Below are positions 17,882 through 28,110 of a DNA stretch of 64,000 bases, one piece after another. Each line of letters begins with the position of its first letter. The stretch's first letter is position 1. This DNA is from an uncultured Mollicutes bacterium. Its GTDB lineage: Bacteria > Bacillota_I > Bacilli_A > RF39 > UBA660. Both the position numbers and the translations under genes were made by a program. The DNA lies in the NCBI GenBank assembly GCA_945969495.1, contig CAMFOH010000001.1:4424-68423 (forward strand), read 5' to 3'. Under the pieces are notes generated by a model. It was not told the DNA's origin. It ran no database searches and saw only the letters and a list, made by a program, of their open reading frames with translations.

Positions 17882-19633
17882 ATGACTGAAGAAAAAGAAC
17901 AAAAGAAAAGTATAAAAGAGTTTAAAAATATATATAATCTTGTAAAAAAAGATAAGTGGAAACTTTTAATAGCTTTTATATGTATTTTTATAAGCTCGCT
18001 TTTATCAATTACTAATGGTTGGTTGCAAGGTGAAGTTACTGAATCAATTGTTGCACTCAACATAAAAATGGCACTTTTTTACCTTGGTATTTATTTTGTA
18101 ATTGGGGTTTTCTTTAATAATATTTTGAATAATATTGGAACGATGATAGCAAGCAAAATAGAGGCTAATTTATCTAGAAAGTTAAGTATAATGGTTTATA
18201 AAAAAACACTTAATTTACCAGCGTATGCATTTGAGGAAAAAACAAGTGGAGAGCTTATTAACAGGATAACTTATGACACTGAAACATTATCAAGTATGTT
18301 TAACAATATTATCCAGACTCTTATAAATACTTTTGGATGTATTTTAATATTAATTTATATTTTATTTAATTCGAAGATTGTAGCACTAGAAATTATAATT
18401 TTCTTAATTATAATATTTATAGTAACTAAGATATTTAATCCTAAAATAAAGAAAATAAATAAAGAATTAAAAGCTAAAAAAGATGATTATACAGCATTAT
18501 CTACTGAGTCTATTAGAGGAATAAGAGAGATAAAAACGCTTGGGATAAAAGATAATTTATTAAAAGAAATAGATGAACTTAGAAATCTTATTTTTAAAAA
18601 AGACGTAGAAGATATAAATTTACATAGGATATATTCGATAATAATGTGGGTTGTTAAAATATCACTTGAATGTTTAGTTTTTGCAACTTGCTTAATAGAA
18701 ATATATTATGGGAAATCTAGTATTGGTTTTTTTATGGCAATGACTTGGTACATATATAGATTTACCTGGTTAATTGATAATTTAACAAGCATGAATAGAA
18801 TGTATCAAAAATTATTTGTATCTTTAAGAAGAATAAACGAAATAACAGATAATACTTTGTATAATGATGATGAATTTGGTTTGGTAAATATAAAAAGCCC
18901 GGTTGGTAAAATAACTTTTGATAACGTGACTTTTAATTATCCAAATGAAGAAATAACTTTAAAGAACCTTTCGGTTGTTTTTGAAACTGGTAAGAAAATA
19001 GCTATTGTAGGACGATCAGGCCAAGGTAAATCAACACTATTTAACTTAATTACTAGGATTTTTGATACCGAAGATGGCAACATATATTTAGATGATGTTA
19101 ACATAAAGGATTTAACTGAGGAATCATTAAGAAGAAACATATCAGTTATAAGGCAAGAACCATTTTTGTTTAATAGAACAATAAAGGATAATTTTAAGGT
19201 GGTTAAACCTAATATTACGTTAAAAGAAATTAAGAAATATTGTAAGATGGCTTATTTAGATGATTATATTGAATCTTTACCAAATAAATACAATACAAAA
19301 CTTGGTGAAGGTGGGGTTAACCTATCTGGTGGTCAAAAACAAAGGTTATCTATCGCAAGAGCACTTGCTAAAGAAAGTAAGGTAATATTATTTGATGAAG
19401 CAACTAGTGCACTTGATAATGAATCTCAAAGTTACATAAAAAAAGTTATTGATGACTTAGTAAAAAATCATACCATAATAATTGTTGCACATCGTTTATC
19501 TACGATTGTTGATGCAGATGTTATCTACGTTGTAGATAAGGGGCGAATAAGTGATAGTGGTACGCATAAAGAACTATTAGATAAAAGTAAGGTATATAAA
19601 ACTTTATACGAAAACGAAGACAAGGAAAGTTAA
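17882..19633 (+). CDS. ABC transporter, fused permease/ATP-binding half-transporter (type I exporter, MsbA/LmrA-like)
   Basis: 583 aa; six TM N-terminal domain; Walker A GRSGQGKST, signature LSGGQKQRLSIARAL, Walker B ILFDEATSALD. Confidence 0.85.
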   Translation: MTEEKEQKKSIKEFKNIYNLVKKDKWKLLIAFICIFISSLLSITNGWLQGEVTESIVALNIKMALFYLGIYFVIGVFFNNILNNIGTMIASKIEANLSRKLSIMVYKKTLNLPAYAFEEKTSGELINRITYDTETLSSMFNNIIQTLINTFGCILILIYILFNSKIVALEIIIFLIIIFIVTKIFNPKIKKINKELKAKKDDYTALSTESIRGIREIKTLGIKDNLLKEIDELRNLIFKKDVEDINLHRIYSIIMWVVKISLECLVFATCLIEIYYGKSSIGFFMAMTWYIYRFTWLIDNLTSMNRMYQKLFVSLRRINEITDNTLYNDDEFGLVNIKSPVGKITFDNVTFNYPNEEITLKNLSVVFETGKKIAIVGRSGQGKSTLFNLITRIFDTEDGNIYLDDVNIKDLTEESLRRNISVIRQEPFLFNRTIKDNFKVVKPNITLKEIKKYCKMAYLDDYIESLPNKYNTKLGEGGVNLSGGQKQRLSIARALAKESKVILFDEATSALDNESQSYIKKVIDDLVKNHTIIIVAHRLSTIVDADVIYVVDKGRISDSGTHKELLDKSKVYKTLYENEDKES

Positions 19634-19692
19634 TCCTTGTTTTTTGTATAAAACAAAAAAACTTTACATAAAATAAAATAGAATTAAAATAA

Positions 19693-19719
19693 TTAGCACT
19701 CACACTTGACAAGTGCTAA
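19693..19719 (+). promoter_or_regulatory. CIRCE operator (HrcA-binding inverted repeat TTAGCACTC-N9-aAGTGCTAA) overlapping a sigma-A promoter (TTGACA-17-TATAAC)
   Basis: ttagcactcacacttgacaagtgctaa 36 nt upstream of hsp20 start; -35 TTGACA lies within the spacer. Confidence 0.8.
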
Positions 19720-19754
19720 AAATAGTGGTATAACATAATTGTAAGGAAAGGAAG

Positions 19755-20156
19755 ATGATTAATATGAGTTTAATCCCAAGAAATTATTTAGGTGACATTT
19801 TTGAAGACTTTATGCCTAGTACAAGAGAGGATAACATGAAGTGCGATATTTACGAAAAGGATGGCGATTATCATATTGAAATGGATGTTCCAGGTTTTGA
19901 TAAGAATGAAATTAAAATCGAAGCCAAGAAAGATTATTTGACAATAACCGCTGAGAAATCAAGTGAAACAAACAATGAAGATGAAAGTAAAAAATACATT
20001 CATCGTGAAAGAACTTATGGTAAATACCAAAGGTCATTTTATCTACATGATTTAGATTCAGATAAAGTAAATGCTGAATTTAATAATGGTGTTTTAAAAA
20101 TAGTTGTACCTAAAAAGGATGAAACAGAAGATAAAAAATACATCGAAATAAAATAA
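19755..20156 (+). CDS. Hsp20/alpha-crystallin family small heat-shock protein
   Basis: 133 aa; alpha-crystallin domain DIYEKDGDYHIEMDVPGFDKNEIKIEAK...NGVLKIVVPK. Confidence 0.85.
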   Translation: MINMSLIPRNYLGDIFEDFMPSTREDNMKCDIYEKDGDYHIEMDVPGFDKNEIKIEAKKDYLTITAEKSSETNNEDESKKYIHRERTYGKYQRSFYLHDLDSDKVNAEFNNGVLKIVVPKKDETEDKKYIEIK

Positions 20157-20258
20157 AAGAAAAAGAAAATATTAAATGATGAATTTGATATTTTCTTTTT
20201 TTTATGCTAGAATATACACTCGTTATAGTATTAAGTAGTAATAAATAAGATCAAAAGG

Positions 20259-21497
20259 GTGATTTTGGTGAAGAAAGAAGAGAAACGAAAAAAGATAATA
20301 CAAGAACAAGAAGAATTAAAAAAAAGAAGACAAGATAGAATAGATAAAGGTCTTCTAGCGGAAGAATTAGAAAGTATTGAAAAAAATATGAACTTACATA
20401 ATACTTTGTATGCTTTAATGAAGATAGTTAATACTGTTAGTGGTTATAAAAAAGATTTTTTAAATGGGAAAACACTTTATAAAAGGGAATTTTTTAAGTT
20501 TTTAGAAGAATTGTATAAAGAACATCCAGAATATAAAAATAGGCCTATAATATTTGCTCCTAACCATGTTAGAATGCAAGATATTGCAATCGAAATGGAT
20601 GCTATTGCTTTACATATGGTTTTATTATCAGGTGATTTTGAGAATGTTCACCCTGATATTTCTGGTAAATTATTAGAAAAAAACGGTATTTTATATTTAG
20701 ATATGGATAATCCATATAATACTCCAGAACTAAAAAAGGATGAATCATATTTAGAAGAGTTAAAAGAGTATATTGAACTTACTGATAATGATAGCTTAAA
20801 AAAGGAATACAATGAAGAATTAAAAAAATATAACGATAAAGTAAGTAAAATAATAAATGATAGAAAAAACATAAAAAAAGTTATAAAAGATGTTTTAGAT
20901 AATGGTTATAATATGCTATGGTATTATGAGGGTTCGTGGAATTTTTCTGAAAACAAGCCATATTATGATGGCTATAACTACATTGTTCAGGCAGCTATAG
21001 ATTCTAATGCGATAGTTTTTCCAGTTGCTTTTGATCTTGTCGATAAAAAGCATACTTTTGGTAAAAGAAAAGCTTGCATTAGATTTGGAAAGCCAATAGA
21101 TTATATGGCAATTTATGGCAACAAAACACTAACTATGGAAGAAAAAATAGAAGGTTTAGATTTGTTAAAAGGCCAGATCGGTTATGAATTAGTTGCTAAT
21201 ATATGGGAAAAGAACTCTTCTATTAAAAGGGATGAACTTGCTAAAAAATATAGTAAGAAATTATCAGTAGAAGATTATTTTGTTCCTGATTATAAAAAAA
21301 CTAGCCCACTTAGTGCATACTGGGATGAATATAAAGCTATAGCTTTAAAAGAATGGAAATTCACTGAAGAAGATATAGAAAAAAAACATTTTGTTGATAA
21401 AACGAAGGTAGAACAAGAAGAAGCATTTAAACACTTAGATGATTTAAATTTGAATCAAAAAAATGCATTTTTATTATCTAAAAGAAACCATCATTAA
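20259..21497 (+). CDS. Lysophospholipid (PlsC-type) acyltransferase family protein with long N- and C-terminal extensions
   Basis: HxxxxD acyltransferase motif (APNHVRMQD); start codon uncertain (GTG at 20259 or a downstream codon). Confidence 0.5.
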   Translation: MILVKKEEKRKKIIQEQEELKKRRQDRIDKGLLAEELESIEKNMNLHNTLYALMKIVNTVSGYKKDFLNGKTLYKREFFKFLEELYKEHPEYKNRPIIFAPNHVRMQDIAIEMDAIALHMVLLSGDFENVHPDISGKLLEKNGILYLDMDNPYNTPELKKDESYLEELKEYIELTDNDSLKKEYNEELKKYNDKVSKIINDRKNIKKVIKDVLDNGYNMLWYYEGSWNFSENKPYYDGYNYIVQAAIDSNAIVFPVAFDLVDKKHTFGKRKACIRFGKPIDYMAIYGNKTLTMEEKIEGLDLLKGQIGYELVANIWEKNSSIKRDELAKKYSKKLSVEDYFVPDYKKTSPLSAYWDEYKAIALKEWKFTEEDIEKKHFVDKTKVEQEEAFKHLDDLNLNQKNAFLLSKRNHH

Positions 21498-21562
21498 TAT
21501 GATGGTTTTATTTGATATGTTTTTTTTGCTGTGATATACTTTTAATATAAGAGGAGGCTATT

Positions 21563-23356
21563 ATGAATAATTTATATTTTCCAATTTGTGCGGTTTTAAT
21601 AAATGCTTTGATATTAATAATATTTAACTCTAAACAAAGAATTAAAAGTGAAGAAACAAATGCATACTCGTTTTTAATAATCATAGGTTTTTTAGAATCA
21701 TTATTAGCATGTATATTAGTAGTATTAATGAATTTATATGGTAAACCTAGTTATATTTATAATATACATAGGGTAGATTATATTTTAATGCTATTATGGG
21801 TATGGGGTTTATTTAACTACGTAATAATAGTAGCTCTTCATAATAACAAAAAGATAAGAACCATAATTCAAAAAATTAGCTTAGTAATAAACATAATTAT
21901 TTTTATTAGCTTTTTCTTTTTAGAAGTTAATGTTATAAATGAAAATGGAGTTATAGATACAAATGGTCCAGCGATGAATGTACTTTTTTCTGCGCTAAGT
22001 GTATATGTTATTTTAATGGTGATATTTGTTATAAAATCATTAGTTAAAAATTTTAAAAGTTCTACTAATAAAAAATTCATTCCTCTTTTTGCTCTAGCAG
22101 TATTTGGAATAGTAGCACTTTTAGTAAGAAGTGTTGCACCAGAAATATTAATTATTTCCCTAGTTGCAGCATATGCAGATTTAATAATGTTTTTTACGAT
22201 TGAAAACCCTGATGTAAAAATGATATATGAACTTAATAAAAATAAAAAATTACTAGAGAGCATGAGCGAGGAAAAATCTAACTTTTTATTTAGTATGTCT
22301 CAAGATACAAAAAGACCGATAGATAACATATTAGAAGTTAAAAACATGTTAGATGGTGAAAAAGATTTAGAAACCATTAATAAAGGATTAAAAGTTATAG
22401 AAAATAACGCAAGAGGATTAAAGAACATAATTAATAATGTATTAGATATTTCAAGTATTAATTCTAGTAAATTATCAGTTAGTACAGATACTTATAATGT
22501 GTATACACTACTTAATACTTGTATAAAAACGTTAGAAAAAAAAATCAGTAACAAAATTGAATTAAGGACAAGAATAAGTAAAAACATACCAACTGAATTG
22601 TATGGAGATGCTGTTAAATTAAAACAAGTTATAAGTAGTATTTTATTTAACGCGGTAAAATATACTAAAGAAGGTTATATAGAAGTTAGTGTAAATGAGA
22701 TAGTTAAGTATGATGTGTGTCGTCTTATAATAGAAATAGAAGACTCAGGTTGTGGGATGAGCGTTGAAATACTAAATGAATTATTAAAAAGTAATAGTGA
22801 TTTAGAAGATACCGATCTTTTAAAACTTGATAGTCTTGATATAGATTTAAAATTGGCTTTTAAAATCATGAAAAAGCTAGGTGGATATATAAATATAAAA
22901 AGTGAAGAAAACGTTGGAAGCACTTTTACGATAGTATTAGACCAAAAAATAAAAATAGATAAAAATACATATTATAGTGAATATATTTTTAATAAGAAAA
23001 AGGTAATGGCAGTAAGTGATAAATTACAAACTTTAAAGGACTTAAACACACTATCAAGTAAATATGATATTGAGTTTTTAACTACTATGCATAGTGATGA
23101 CTTAGTTCAAAGGATTAAAGATGGAGAAAGTTTTGATGTTATAATTTTAGAAGATGAAATGATACCAAATAGTGCTTTTGCAATTTTAGGAAAAATGCAA
23201 GAAGTAAGGCAAGGCTTTAATACTCCAACCATCGTAATGCTTCAAAAAGATAAAGAATCAATAAAAGAGCACTACGTAGAAGATGGATTTGATGGATATA
23301 TAAGAAAGGAAAATCTGGAAGAAGATTTTGATAATATTATTAAAAAATATATTTAA
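21563..23356 (+). CDS. Membrane-bound histidine-kinase-like protein with C-terminal receiver-like domain; phospho-acceptor His replaced by Gln
   Basis: 597 aa; about 6 TM N-domain; DHp box FLFSMSQDTKRPIDNI (canonical FLAxMSHELRTPL); intact N/G1/G2 boxes (LFNAVKYT, DSGCGM, GSTFTIVL); C-terminal REC-like (DVIILEDEMIP, TPTIVML). Confidence 0.7.
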   Translation: MNNLYFPICAVLINALILIIFNSKQRIKSEETNAYSFLIIIGFLESLLACILVVLMNLYGKPSYIYNIHRVDYILMLLWVWGLFNYVIIVALHNNKKIRTIIQKISLVINIIIFISFFFLEVNVINENGVIDTNGPAMNVLFSALSVYVILMVIFVIKSLVKNFKSSTNKKFIPLFALAVFGIVALLVRSVAPEILIISLVAAYADLIMFFTIENPDVKMIYELNKNKKLLESMSEEKSNFLFSMSQDTKRPIDNILEVKNMLDGEKDLETINKGLKVIENNARGLKNIINNVLDISSINSSKLSVSTDTYNVYTLLNTCIKTLEKKISNKIELRTRISKNIPTELYGDAVKLKQVISSILFNAVKYTKEGYIEVSVNEIVKYDVCRLIIEIEDSGCGMSVEILNELLKSNSDLEDTDLLKLDSLDIDLKLAFKIMKKLGGYINIKSEENVGSTFTIVLDQKIKIDKNTYYSEYIFNKKKVMAVSDKLQTLKDLNTLSSKYDIEFLTTMHSDDLVQRIKDGESFDVIILEDEMIPNSAFAILGKMQEVRQGFNTPTIVMLQKDKESIKEHYVEDGFDGYIRKENLEEDFDNIIKKYI

Positions 23357-23426
23357 ACAAGATACTAAATATTATCTTGTTTTTTAAAATGTTATGTTAT
23401 AATGATTTATAGAATAGAAAAGAGGC

Positions 23427-25742
23427 TTGGCTATGACAGAATTAGAAATATTAGATGGTTATTTTAGAGCTGCTAATTATTTATCAGCTTGTCAACTTTA
23501 TTTACTTGATAATCCGCTTTTAAAAAGACATCTTGTAAAAGAAGATATAAAAAAGAAAATAGTAGGGCACTGGGGAACTGTTCCGGGACAAAATTTTATA
23601 TATACTCATTTAAATAGGATAATTAATAAATATGATTTAAACATTATTTATTTATCTGGACCTGGTCACGGTGGTAATTTTATGGTGGCAAATACATATC
23701 TAGAAGGAAGTTATACAGAAAAATATCCTTTAGTTACGCAAGATGAAGAGGGCATGAAAAAACTATTTAAACAGTTTTCGTTTCCAGGAGGAATACCATC
23801 GCACGTAGCACCTGAAACGCCAGGTTCAATTCATGAGGGTGGTGAATTAGGATATTCTTTAGCACATGCTTTTGGTGCGGTGCTTGATAATCCTAATTTA
23901 ATTGCAGCATGCGTAGTTGGTGATGGAGAAGCTGAAACAGGTCCTCTTGCAACAAGCTGGCATTGTAATAAATTTATTAATCCTAAAACAGATGGAGTTG
24001 TTTTACCAATTCTTCATTTGAATGGTTATAAGATTAGTAATCCTACTATCTTTTCTAGAATGTCAGATGAGGAGTTAGCTAGTTTCTTTTATGGATGCGG
24101 ATATAAACCATACTTAGTTTCTGGTGATGAACCATTAAGTATGCATGAAAAAATGGCTGCAACAATGGATGCTATAGTAAATGATATTAAGAAAATAAAA
24201 TTATCTAAAGAAGAAGAAAAAATAAAATGGCCTATGATAATTTTAAGAACACCAAAGGGGTGGACTGGTCCTAAAGAGGTTGATGGAAAAAACATAGAAG
24301 GTTCATTTAGAGCACATCAGGTTCCTATTTCAATGGAAAAAGAAGAACATATAAAATTATTGGAAGACTGGCTTAGAAGTTATAAACCAGAAGAGTTATT
24401 TAATGATAATGGTGATTTAATTAAAGAATTAAAAGATTTTTGCCCTAAAGGGAATAAAAGAATGGGCTCTAGTTTATATGCTAATGGTGGCATTTTAAGA
24501 AAAGAACTTAATATACCTGATTTTGCTAATTATGCAGTAGATGTATCTACTCCTGGTAGTGTTAAAAAACAGGATATGCTAGTACTTAGTAGTTTTATTA
24601 AAGATATATTTAAACTAAATAAAGAAAATAAAAACTTTAGGATATTTGGCCCAGATGAAACAATGTCTAATAGGCTTTATGATGTATTTGATGTAACAAA
24701 TAGAGATTGGCAATTAGATATAAAAGAAAATGATGAATACTTATCAAAAGATGGTAGGGTAATGGATTCAATGCTTTCAGAGCATATTTGTGAAGGAATG
24801 TTAGAAGGATATTTATTAACGGGTAGACATGGCTTTTTTGCAAGCTATGAAGCCTTTATTAGAATAGTTGATTCAATGGCTGCACAGCATGCTAAATGGC
24901 TTAAGGTATGTAATGAAATACCATGGAGAAAACCTATATCATCGCTTAACTTCTTGCTAGCATCAAACGTATGGCAACAAGATCATAATGGTTTTACTCA
25001 TCAAGACCCAGGATTTTTAGATCATATTGCAAATAAAAAAGTTGATGTTGTAAGAATGTATTTACCACCTGATGCAAATTGTTTATTATCTTGTATGGAT
25101 CATTGTTTGAAAAGTAAAAACTACGTTAACGTAATAGTAGCATCAAAACATCCTTCTTATCAATGGTTAAACATAAATCAAGCTATTGAGCATTGTACTA
25201 AAGGTATAGGAACTTGGGATTTTGTAAGTAATGATAATAATCCAGATTTAATAATGGCGTGTGCTGGTGATACCCCAACGGTAGAGGCTATCGCTGCCAC
25301 TAAAATATTAAAAGAGTATTTACCAAGTTTAAAAATAAGATTTATAAACGTAGTAGATTTAATGAAAATTGATTCAACAACTTCTCATCCACATGCTTTA
25401 AGCGATGAAGCTTATGACGAATTATTTACAAAAGATAAACCAATCATATTTGCTTATCATGGTTATCCAACCCTTATTCATGAATTAACATACTTTAGGC
25501 ATAATCATAATATACATGTTCATGGATATATGGAAGAAGGTACTATTACAACGGCTTTTGATATGAGGGTTAAAAACAAAATAGATAGATTTAACCTAGT
25601 AATTGATGCTGTTAATAATCTTGAATTAGGTCTTGAGGAGGAAAAAATAATTAATGATATGAATAGAAAACTAATAGAGCATGCGAAATACATAGTTGAT
25701 AAAGGTGAAGATTTAGAAGAAATAAAAAATTGGAGATTTTAA
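23427..25742 (+). CDS. xfp: Xylulose-5-phosphate/fructose-6-phosphate phosphoketolase
   Basis: 771 aa; ThDP motif [14 protein letters not shown], typical XFP length and N-terminus [19 protein letters not shown]. Confidence 0.9.
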   Translation: MAMTELEILDGYFRAANYLSACQLYLLDNPLLKRHLVKEDIKKKIVGHWGTVPGQNFIYTHLNRIINKYDLNIIYLSGPGHGGNFMVANTYLEGSYTEKYPLVTQDEEGMKKLFKQFSFPGGIPSHVAPETPGSIHEGGELGYSLAHAFGAVLDNPNLIAACVVGDGEAETGPLATSWHCNKFINPKTDGVVLPILHLNGYKISNPTIFSRMSDEELASFFYGCGYKPYLVSGDEPLSMHEKMAATMDAIVNDIKKIKLSKEEEKIKWPMIILRTPKGWTGPKEVDGKNIEGSFRAHQVPISMEKEEHIKLLEDWLRSYKPEELFNDNGDLIKELKDFCPKGNKRMGSSLYANGGILRKELNIPDFANYAVDVSTPGSVKKQDMLVLSSFIKDIFKLNKENKNFRIFGPDETMSNRLYDVFDVTNRDWQLDIKENDEYLSKDGRVMDSMLSEHICEGMLEGYLLTGRHGFFASYEAFIRIVDSMAAQHAKWLKVCNEIPWRKPISSLNFLLASNVWQQDHNGFTHQDPGFLDHIANKKVDVVRMYLPPDANCLLSCMDHCLKSKNYVNVIVASKHPSYQWLNINQAIEHCTKGIGTWDFVSNDNNPDLIMACAGDTPTVEAIAATKILKEYLPSLKIRFINVVDLMKIDSTTSHPHALSDEAYDELFTKDKPIIFAYHGYPTLIHELTYFRHNHNIHVHGYMEEGTITTAFDMRVKNKIDRFNLVIDAVNNLELGLEEEKIINDMNRKLIEHAKYIVDKGEDLEEIKNWRF

Positions 25743-25839
25743 TGTAAATGTTAAGTAAAATTGACAAATTTCCAATTATAATTGCTAGATCAAATAGTAA
25801 TAAATTGGTAATATAAAGGAAGAAAAGGAGAGGTAGTGT

Positions 25840-26610
25840 ATGAGATTTGATGAAAAATTAATACATTTAAGAAAGAAAAACATGTTGTCTCAAGAGAGTT
25901 TGGCAGAAAAACTTAATGTAACAAGGCAAACCGTATCTAAATGGGAATTAGGGCAAACAAAACCAGATATGGATAAGTTAGTAGAAATGTCAAAGTTGTT
26001 TGATGTCAGTGTAAATGATTTAACTGATGATAATGTATTTTTAGAATCAGCGGAAGAAAAAAATATTAATAAAAAAGAAAATAAGAGCAATAATGGTGGT
26101 AATAGAAAAATAATACTATATATCCTAATTATTATATTTATAGCATCAGTTACAACATTGTCTTATAGAATAGCAAGCTCTATAAAAGAAAAAAAAGATG
26201 CAATAAAAGAAGAAATTAAAAAAGAAAAAGAAAAACAAGAAAAAAAACAACAAGAAATGGAAGAAGAATTTAAAGAGCAACAAGAAAATATACAAAACAA
26301 AATAGAAGAATCTAAAAAAAATGCAGCAAAAGATGACTTTAATAGAAGTTATGAATTTTGGTCTGGAACTCAAACTAGCGCAATAGTATCTAAGATAATA
26401 GACGATGCTATAACAAATAATAAAAAAAATAATGAGCATTTAATAGAATTTATGTTTGATGGAACATCTTATGGAACGGATGCAAATAATATAAAAAATA
26501 TAAAAAATAGTTTAAAAGATTTTAATGGTCACGAAATACAATTTTATGAAATATCACTTGATTATGATGGTAATGGTTATGTTAACAAAATAACCATAGA
26601 AACAATGTAA
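25840..26610 (+). CDS. XRE-family HTH transcriptional regulator with membrane anchor and Lys/Glu-rich coiled-coil
   Basis: HTH_3 LSQESLAEKLNVTRQTVSKWELGQ; TM segment ILYILIIIFIASVTTL; KEEIKKEKEKQEKKQQEMEEE low-complexity. Confidence 0.7.
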   Translation: MRFDEKLIHLRKKNMLSQESLAEKLNVTRQTVSKWELGQTKPDMDKLVEMSKLFDVSVNDLTDDNVFLESAEEKNINKKENKSNNGGNRKIILYILIIIFIASVTTLSYRIASSIKEKKDAIKEEIKKEKEKQEKKQQEMEEEFKEQQENIQNKIEESKKNAAKDDFNRSYEFWSGTQTSAIVSKIIDDAITNNKKNNEHLIEFMFDGTSYGTDANNIKNIKNSLKDFNGHEIQFYEISLDYDGNGYVNKITIETM

Positions 26611-26622
26611 GGGGGAAATAAT

Positions 26623-27168
26623 ATGATAATAAATATATGTTTAATAGTAGTAATAATAATAACTGGTTCGTTACTTATAATCTATAATAGATTCATTAAA
26701 GCAAATAACAGAGTAAAACAAAGAGAGTCTGATATTGATGTTTTATTAAATCAAAGATTTGATTTGTTACCTAACTTAATAGAAACCGTTAAAGGATATG
26801 CAAAACATGAATCATCTACATTAACTGAGATAACTGACTTAAGAACACAATATCAAAAAACCGACTTTAGTGTTGCTGAAACAAATCAAATTGATAAAAG
26901 TTTTAATAAAGTTTTGGCGTTAGCTGAAAGTTATCCTGAGTTAAAGGCAAATACTAACTTTTTAAATTTACAAGCAAACTTAAAAGAAATAGAAGATAAA
27001 TTAATTATTGCTAGAACTAATTACAATAGATCTGTTGAAAAATATAATAATTTAGTAGAGTCTATTCCTTCTAACATAGTAGCTAAAACGTTTGCTTTTG
27101 AAAAGAAAGAATTCTTTAAACTGGATGATAATAAAAAAGAAAATATTAAAGTTGATTTTTCTAAATAG
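26623..27168 (+). CDS. LemA family protein
   Basis: 181 aa; N-terminal TM + LemA signature RESDIDVLLNQRFDLLPNLIETVKGYAKHE...TNYNRSVEKYNN. Confidence 0.8.
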   Translation: MIINICLIVVIIITGSLLIIYNRFIKANNRVKQRESDIDVLLNQRFDLLPNLIETVKGYAKHESSTLTEITDLRTQYQKTDFSVAETNQIDKSFNKVLALAESYPELKANTNFLNLQANLKEIEDKLIIARTNYNRSVEKYNNLVESIPSNIVAKTFAFEKKEFFKLDDNKKENIKVDFSK

Positions 27169-27241
27169 GCATTGAAATACAATGCTTATTTTTTTGTTTT
27201 AAGTAACGGCCTTTTACTAAACTCATATTATAAGGTATGGG

Positions 27242-28045
27242 GTGAGGCAATTGAACTGGTTTTGTAATATAAGTCCTATTATACAAGCCTTTATAGCATG
27301 TTTATTTACTTGGTTAGTAACGTCACTTGGAGCTTTAACCGTTTTTTTCTTTAAATCTATTAATAAAAAAATACTTGATATAGTATTAGGATTTTCTGCA
27401 GGAATAATGATTGCGGCATCATTTTGGTCATTACTTGCACCATCAATTGATTTATCAGAGTCTTTAGGATACATAGTATGGTTATTACCAGCATTAGGTT
27501 TTGTTGTAGGGGGGCTATTTGTACTTTTATCTGATAAATTCCTAGATAAAGCATTAAATGATAATAATAAAATAAATAAAGGAACTCTCAAGAAAAATAT
27601 TTTATTAATTTGTGCAATAACTATTCACAATATTCCAGAAGGAATGGCGATTGGCGTAGCTTTTGGTAGCCTTTCAAGTGAAACTTCTGGTATGTCTTTA
27701 GTTGGTGCTTTAATGTTAACTTTAGGAATAGGAGTTCAAAATTTTCCAGAAGGAGCTGCAGTGTCATTACCACTTAGAAGTGAGGGTCTTTCAAGAACAA
27801 AAAGTTTTTTATTAGGTACGTTATCTGCAGTTGTAGAACCTGTTGCTGCGGTAATAGGTGCCATACTTGTTACTTATGTAAATAGCATATTACCATTTTT
27901 GCTTTCATTTGCAGCAGGTTGCATGATATTAGTTGCAGTAAGAGAATTATTACCAGAATCATTTGAAAAAAATAAAAATCTATCGACGTTAGGTTTTATT
28001 ATAGGATTTGTTATAATGATGGTTTTAGATGTGGCTTTAGGATAA
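27242..28045 (+). CDS. ZIP family metal (Zn/Fe) transporter
   Basis: 267 aa; HNIPEGMAIG and QNFPEGAAV metal-binding TM motifs. Confidence 0.8.
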   Translation: MRQLNWFCNISPIIQAFIACLFTWLVTSLGALTVFFFKSINKKILDIVLGFSAGIMIAASFWSLLAPSIDLSESLGYIVWLLPALGFVVGGLFVLLSDKFLDKALNDNNKINKGTLKKNILLICAITIHNIPEGMAIGVAFGSLSSETSGMSLVGALMLTLGIGVQNFPEGAAVSLPLRSEGLSRTKSFLLGTLSAVVEPVAAVIGAILVTYVNSILPFLLSFAAGCMILVAVRELLPESFEKNKNLSTLGFIIGFVIMMVLDVALG

Positions 28046-28110
28046 GGTTAGAACAAATTATTCTAACTTTTTTTAATTTGTGGTAGAATACATTTATATG
28101 GAGGATTTTT

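Noticed and set aside
26146-26439. 97-aa minus-strand Phe/Leu-rich ORF
   Set aside because: Antisense to the Lys/Glu-rich (AAA/GAA) segment of the XRE regulator, giving poly-F/L artefact.
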